The notes under the pieces were generated by a model. That model was not told the DNA's origin. It did no database searches and saw nothing but the letters and a program-made list of their open reading frames with translations. 64,000 nucleotides of DNA from assembly GCA_964016885.1 (NCBI GenBank), contig OZ024743.1, positions 329,964,001-330,028,000 on the forward strand, read 5' to 3'. This document shows, piece by piece, positions 59,442-64,000 of the stretch (its first letter is position 1; each line of letters starts with the position of its first letter). The position numbers and the translations under genes were made by a program. This DNA is from Eledone cirrhosa (lineage: Eukaryota).

Positions 59442-60165
59442 TAAAAGAGAAAACACAGGTAAGCATTAAGAGAAGGATTCTATCCAGGTATTTACGACCG
59501 TTTCATTGGTAAGTGCAACCTTATATTGCTATACTGCAAATAGCAGCCACTCAATTATAATTGTTGTTCACGTCCAAATTTTCAAAATAGTGAGTAAGTT
59601 ACTCTTGAAATAATTCTTAATATATAGAGAAAAACATTTGTTTGGAATTGTATTTACTAGTATAGAGAGAGAGGAGGAGGAATTAGAAGGTGAGGGGACA
59701 AACGGAATAGTATAGAGAGAGAGGAAGGGGGAGAAGAGTTAGGAAGTAGAGTGACAAACTGAGATGGAGGGAGGGGTAGAGGTGGAAGGATTCCTTGATC
59801 AGTTTTGATATTCAGACTTCATGTCGTGGAATGTAGTGAGTTAAAGAGAATTAAATTGATCATAGTGGAGGGGATGTATAGAGAGAGAGAGAGAGAGGGG
59901 GAGATATAAAGAGATAAATATATATATAAAAATAAAGATAAAGATAATAATGACAAAAATAAAAGCAAAAAAGGGGGGAGAAAGAAGAAAAGAAAAGATA
60001 GCCAAGAAGGGGAGGGAAGGAAGGAAGAAAACGAAGAAATAGAAGAGGAATGAAGGAGAAGGGGGGATATAGGTATTGGTTTTTGTGGGTAATTAAAAGG
60101 GCTTAGATACAACAAGAGGGTATAAAGTCTAAGTATATGTAGTTTGTCAGTTGGTAGTAAGAGGT

Positions 60166-60262
60166 TAAGGGTTCGATTTGCACTTGTAGTGCGAACATTT
60201 CTCTTTGAGTCTATGGTTACAATAAATTGATCTTTCGATTTTATTGTTGAGTAACTTATTCT
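60166..60262 (-). pseudogene. Possible C-terminal remnant of a Penelope-like GIY-YIG ORF
   Basis: Minus strand ENKLLNNKIERSIYCNHRLKEK resembles the LLN..E....C.H..K terminus of Penelope-like ORFs; lies between inverted repeats 59653-59765 and 60260-60366. Confidence 0.4.
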
Positions 60263-60762
60263 CAGTTTGTCACTCGACTTCCTAACTCTTCCCCCTTCCT
60301 CTCTCTCTCTATACTATTCCGTTTGTCCCCTCACCTTCTGATTCCTCTCTCTCTATACTAGTAAATATATATATAACCCCGACGTCAGAGCTCTGCCGTC
60401 GGGGTTAAACAATTTCCTATTACCGAAGGAGGTGTGGTAAGGAACAAGATGGACCATAACGTACCAGATTACTCAATACTTAGGGTAGTAGAGTGGGTAA
60501 TAGGAAATTGTTTAACCCCGACGGCAGAGCTCTGACGTCGGGGTTATATATATATATATATATATATAGAAAGATTTGAATGGATACAGTTTAGTTGAAA
60601 GGAATTTATATATAAATTCCTTTCAACTAAACTGTATCCATTCAAATCTTTCTATTTTTCTCCGGATTACTTTTGGAACTACAACTGGAACCGTCGAGCA
60701 AACTCTACGTGAGCTGATAATCTACTGTGTGTAATATTTATATTACAACACAACGGAAAATA

Positions 60763-60821
<59 letters not shown>

Positions 60822-60881
60822 ACGAAGGAGGTGTGGCAAGGAACCAGATGGATCATATATGTGTGTGTGTATATATATATA

Positions 60882-61076
60882 TAATTAGAAAGTGAACAAC
60901 ACGATATATAACTACTCCATTACCAAAGGTTTCAGGAACCTAGACAACCTTAACATACGTCTATATCGTTCATCAGACTGTCTGATGAACGATCTAGACG
61001 TATGTTAATGTTGTCTAGTTTCCTGAAACCTCTGGTAATGGAGTAGTTATATATCGTGTTGTTCACTTTCTAATTA
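60882..61076. mobile_element. Palindrome (97-bp arms) of a hammerhead-like pLTR fragment
   Basis: Centre at 60979; each arm reads CTGATGA...tagac(loop)gtctag...GAAA-cc(tct/ttt)gg-TA|atgg; about 4 mismatches between arms. Confidence 0.7.
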
Positions 61077-61156
61077 AATAGTTCTGTTATATACATACAG
61101 CACTCTTTTTTCCTTTGCTTTTTCTACGGAAATACTTAACACACACACACACACAC

Positions 61157-61213
<57 letters not shown>

Positions 61214-61933
61214 TAAAGTTAGTCCTTCATCAGTGATCTTCCAAACACATCATTGGTATTTCATCGCTTTAAAGACCATATACCTCCGGTTGGTGCGAGC
61301 AACGGCTAAAAAAAGTCGTTGGGACACGTAAATAAAGGGGACACGAGTGTAAACAAACAAAGATGGTGAAGCAACGAAAAGTGAGGAAGAAGGAGTCAAG
61401 TCCCAAATTTCTATGAATATAAATTCGGTGAAATCGTGAACGAGAGAGAATATAGTTAATAAATGAACAAAACAAATCACAGGAGGCAAAAATACCCAGT
61501 TATATTAGTTTCACGCTTGAAGGAAGAGGAGGAGGTTTCAAGGTTTCAGATATATTGTTGAAAAAGTTCCATATAAAACAAAGGTTATAGGTAAAAGGTG
61601 GAGATAAAAATGCACAGAAATATATTTAAATATGTTTTTCATTAATTCGACAGAATGAATAAATTTATAATTGTTGCACTAAATATAACAGGCTTCGATT
61701 GGTATAAACATGTTATCAAATATTGGATATTAAATTTTAAATATTAAAAAAATGTTTTTTCCAATATATAATAAATATGTAGAGCAAATAAGCTTTTTTA
61801 TATCAAAATACTTTTCGGTTTCGACTGCAGTTTCGACGTTAAGAAATGGCAAGTAATAGGATTGCTAGAAACATCAGTCCGTTTTAGCCTTATTCTCTCA
61901 ACCTTATAGGGGTTATAGAACAACACATAGGAG

Positions 61934-62025
<92 letters not shown>

Positions 62026-62090
62026 TTGTGTCTGTCTCTCTCTGTGTGTATACATATATTTATATACACAAGCATATATACATACATATA

Positions 62091-62506
62091 AAGGTGTCCA
62101 TCAGTTACCATTTTGGCTCAATGAAAGAATTTACTGAATAATTAATTGATTATATAGAGGATTATGAAATAAATATGCAGAGAAAATATGATAAAAGGAA
62201 TTACTTCAAATTACTTTCGGTTACGACTGCAGTTTCGCCGTAAATACCAGTTTAGATATTCCGATAATTTACCATTTCATAACGTGAAGATTCCCAGAAG
62301 AGCTGCACTTTTCCTAGAATATGTTTAATTATTGGAATATCTAAATCGGTCTTTAGAGCGAAACTGCAGTCGTACCCGAAAAGTAATTTGAGACAATTCT
62401 TTTTATCTTATGTTCTCTACATATGTATTGTATGATGCTCTGATTAATCAATTAGTTATTTAGTAAATTCTTTCATTGAGCCAAAATGGTAACTGTTTAA
62501 CGCCTG
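62091..62506. mobile_element. Tc1/mariner-type MITE with long imperfect TIRs in a TA tract
   Basis: cagttaccattttggctcaatgaaagaatttact at 62102 is inverted against agtaaattctttcattgagccaaaatggtaactg ending at 62495; homology extends ~170 bp inward; TA flanks. Confidence 0.85.
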
Positions 62507-62524
62507 TATATATATGTATATACT

Positions 62525-62571
<47 letters not shown>

Positions 62572-62632
62572 TTCCGTTTCCGCCCTGTCCGTCTCCCCAA
62601 TCTTTCTATTTCTTCTTTAATTCCCATTCTAT

Positions 62633-62666
62633 TTTCTGATGAAGGACTAGCGTCCGAAACGTTAAA
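62633..62666 (+). ncRNA. Minimal hammerhead-like motif
   Basis: ttt-CTGATGA-a-ggac(tagc)gtcc-GAAA-cg-TT|aaa; ACGT palindrome in place of stem III, one extra base before stem II, weak stem I. Confidence 0.6.
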
Positions 62667-63145
62667 CCTCTTTTCCTATTATATAAAGCATAAAACTAAT
62701 AATATATTTCGTCATTGTACTGCGTCGTTTCCTTTGTTATTTCTATTCCGCGTAAACGTTGTCATAGTACTACCGCCTATCAAATATAATCAGCCATGTC
62801 TGCACTATAGGCAAATGAGCATTTCCAGTCGATGTTCAAGCAAAATTATATATAGACCATAGTCTATTTCCATGCCAGCACGTTTTGAGTGAGTGTTATT
62901 GTTAAAAGATTAACAAATCTTGAAACGGCGCTGCCTGACATTTTCCCAACGTACTGGCAACTCTGATGCAACCACAAAGGAAAATAAAGAGAAATAAGAA
63001 TTTTCCATCCTTGATGGAAAAGAGCGAAAACAGACCAATAAGGTTTGTGACCTCCGCTGAATCGCTGTCGACCATTCCAAATAGAGTTGTCGAAATGTAT
63101 CACAGACTTACGAGCATTTAAAATGACATTAATGTTTCCATTAAT

Positions 63146-63333
63146 GTGAATTGGCAGTATCGGTAGAGGGCTGGACGACATGCTTTCCAGCATAGTTACG
63201 TCCCTTTACGGTCTGAGTTCAAATCCCGCCGAGGTTGACTTTGCCTTTCATCGTTACGGGGTCGATAAAATAAAGTACCAGTAATGCACTGGTTAATTGC
63301 TGGCCTTGTGCCTAAAGTAGAAACAATTATTAT
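63146..63333 (+). mobile_element. tRNA-derived SINE (short 3' variant)
   Basis: Collinear with 54663-54850. Confidence 0.92.
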
Positions 63334-63626
63334 TTAAAATGTTATTAATACTTCAGTAATTTTTATGTTCAACCATTTTATTACTATTAATACCACTATC
63401 CATATATAGTGACAGGAAGAATATTAGTCACCTGATTCTTTCATACCATGTTGTAAACCACTTCTACTTTTTGGGTAAATGCATTCGATGTTCAGAGAGA
63501 GGGATTAGCCCCGTGCAAAGCCTTTCCTCACTGAAAAAGGCTTCAACCACAGGCATCGCTTCATATCTGACATCTTAAATATCAAGCGATGGCATTACTC
63601 GAAATCGAGTTGCAGCCATCATCTTT

Positions 63627-63693
63627 ATGTATGTATGTATGTATGTATGTATGTATGTATGTATGTATGTATGTATGTATGTATGTATGTATG
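63627..63693. repeat. (TATG)n microsatellite at the 3' end of an RLE retroelement
   Basis: Directly visible repeat. Confidence 0.95.
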
Positions 63694-64000
63694 TTTTCTC
63701 TTTCTCTTAATTTCGAGTATATTTTTTTGACCGGCCACCTTCCTGGTGGCAAGGTTGTAAAAGAAAAGAAATTGTCATCCCTTGAATCGCAAGAATGTTT
63801 TGCAAATTTTGTAGGTGCCAGCTATCGCAGCCATTTGTAGACTATGAATTAGGGAGCTGCGCTTTTTGTCCGCAAATCCAAGTTCAGTCATACTTTGGTC
63901 CAAGCGGGTTGGTATATAACCCGTAGCACCAATAATGATGGGTATGAAGCTAAAGGTGTATCTTGGATACTGGATTTGTAAACTCCTCATCAATGGTCCG
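63694..64000 (-). mobile_element. 3' end of an RLE-type non-LTR retrotransposon (R4/Dong-like), continuing beyond the window
   Basis: Open frame ...RSLQIQYPRYTFSFIPIIIGATGYIP...LQMAAIAGTYKICKTFLRFKG*, with the PIxIGAxG motif; ~80-nt 3' UTR, then (CATA)n. Confidence 0.75.

Noticed and set aside
61811-62380. GAAA-ctgcag-TC motifs (~61823-, ~62225-, ~62360+) as hammerheads
   Set aside because: No upstream CUGANGA with a matching stem I; two are simply parts of the MITE's inverted arms.

Overview
This is repeat-dominated eukaryotic DNA. The SINE and transposon repertoire and the microsatellite density point to a coleoid cephalopod, probably an octopod (inference). No host gene can be called with confidence; there are only a few weak exon candidates, and most long ORFs in the track are microsatellite artefacts. 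Main contents: (1) a ~25 kb array of a 46-bp A/C-rich satellite (22.5-47.3 kb) that expanded from one copy of a duplicated SINE-containing block whose sister copy has only ~3 monomers; (2) a near full-length decayed CR1-clade LINE with an internal 273-bp templated duplication; (3) RTE, CRE-like and R4/Dong-like LINE remnants, a non-autonomous Helitron, Tc1/mariner-type MITEs and several tRNA-derived SINEs; (4) most interesting, about ten type I hammerhead-ribozyme motifs (intact, decayed or half) from several unrelated sequence families. These sit in short non-coding Penelope-like (pLTR or retrozyme-like) units next to (TA)n tracts, and many are fold-back inverted duplications whose apex falls in or beside a ribozyme hairpin. 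All structures were read by eye; none was computed or searched.
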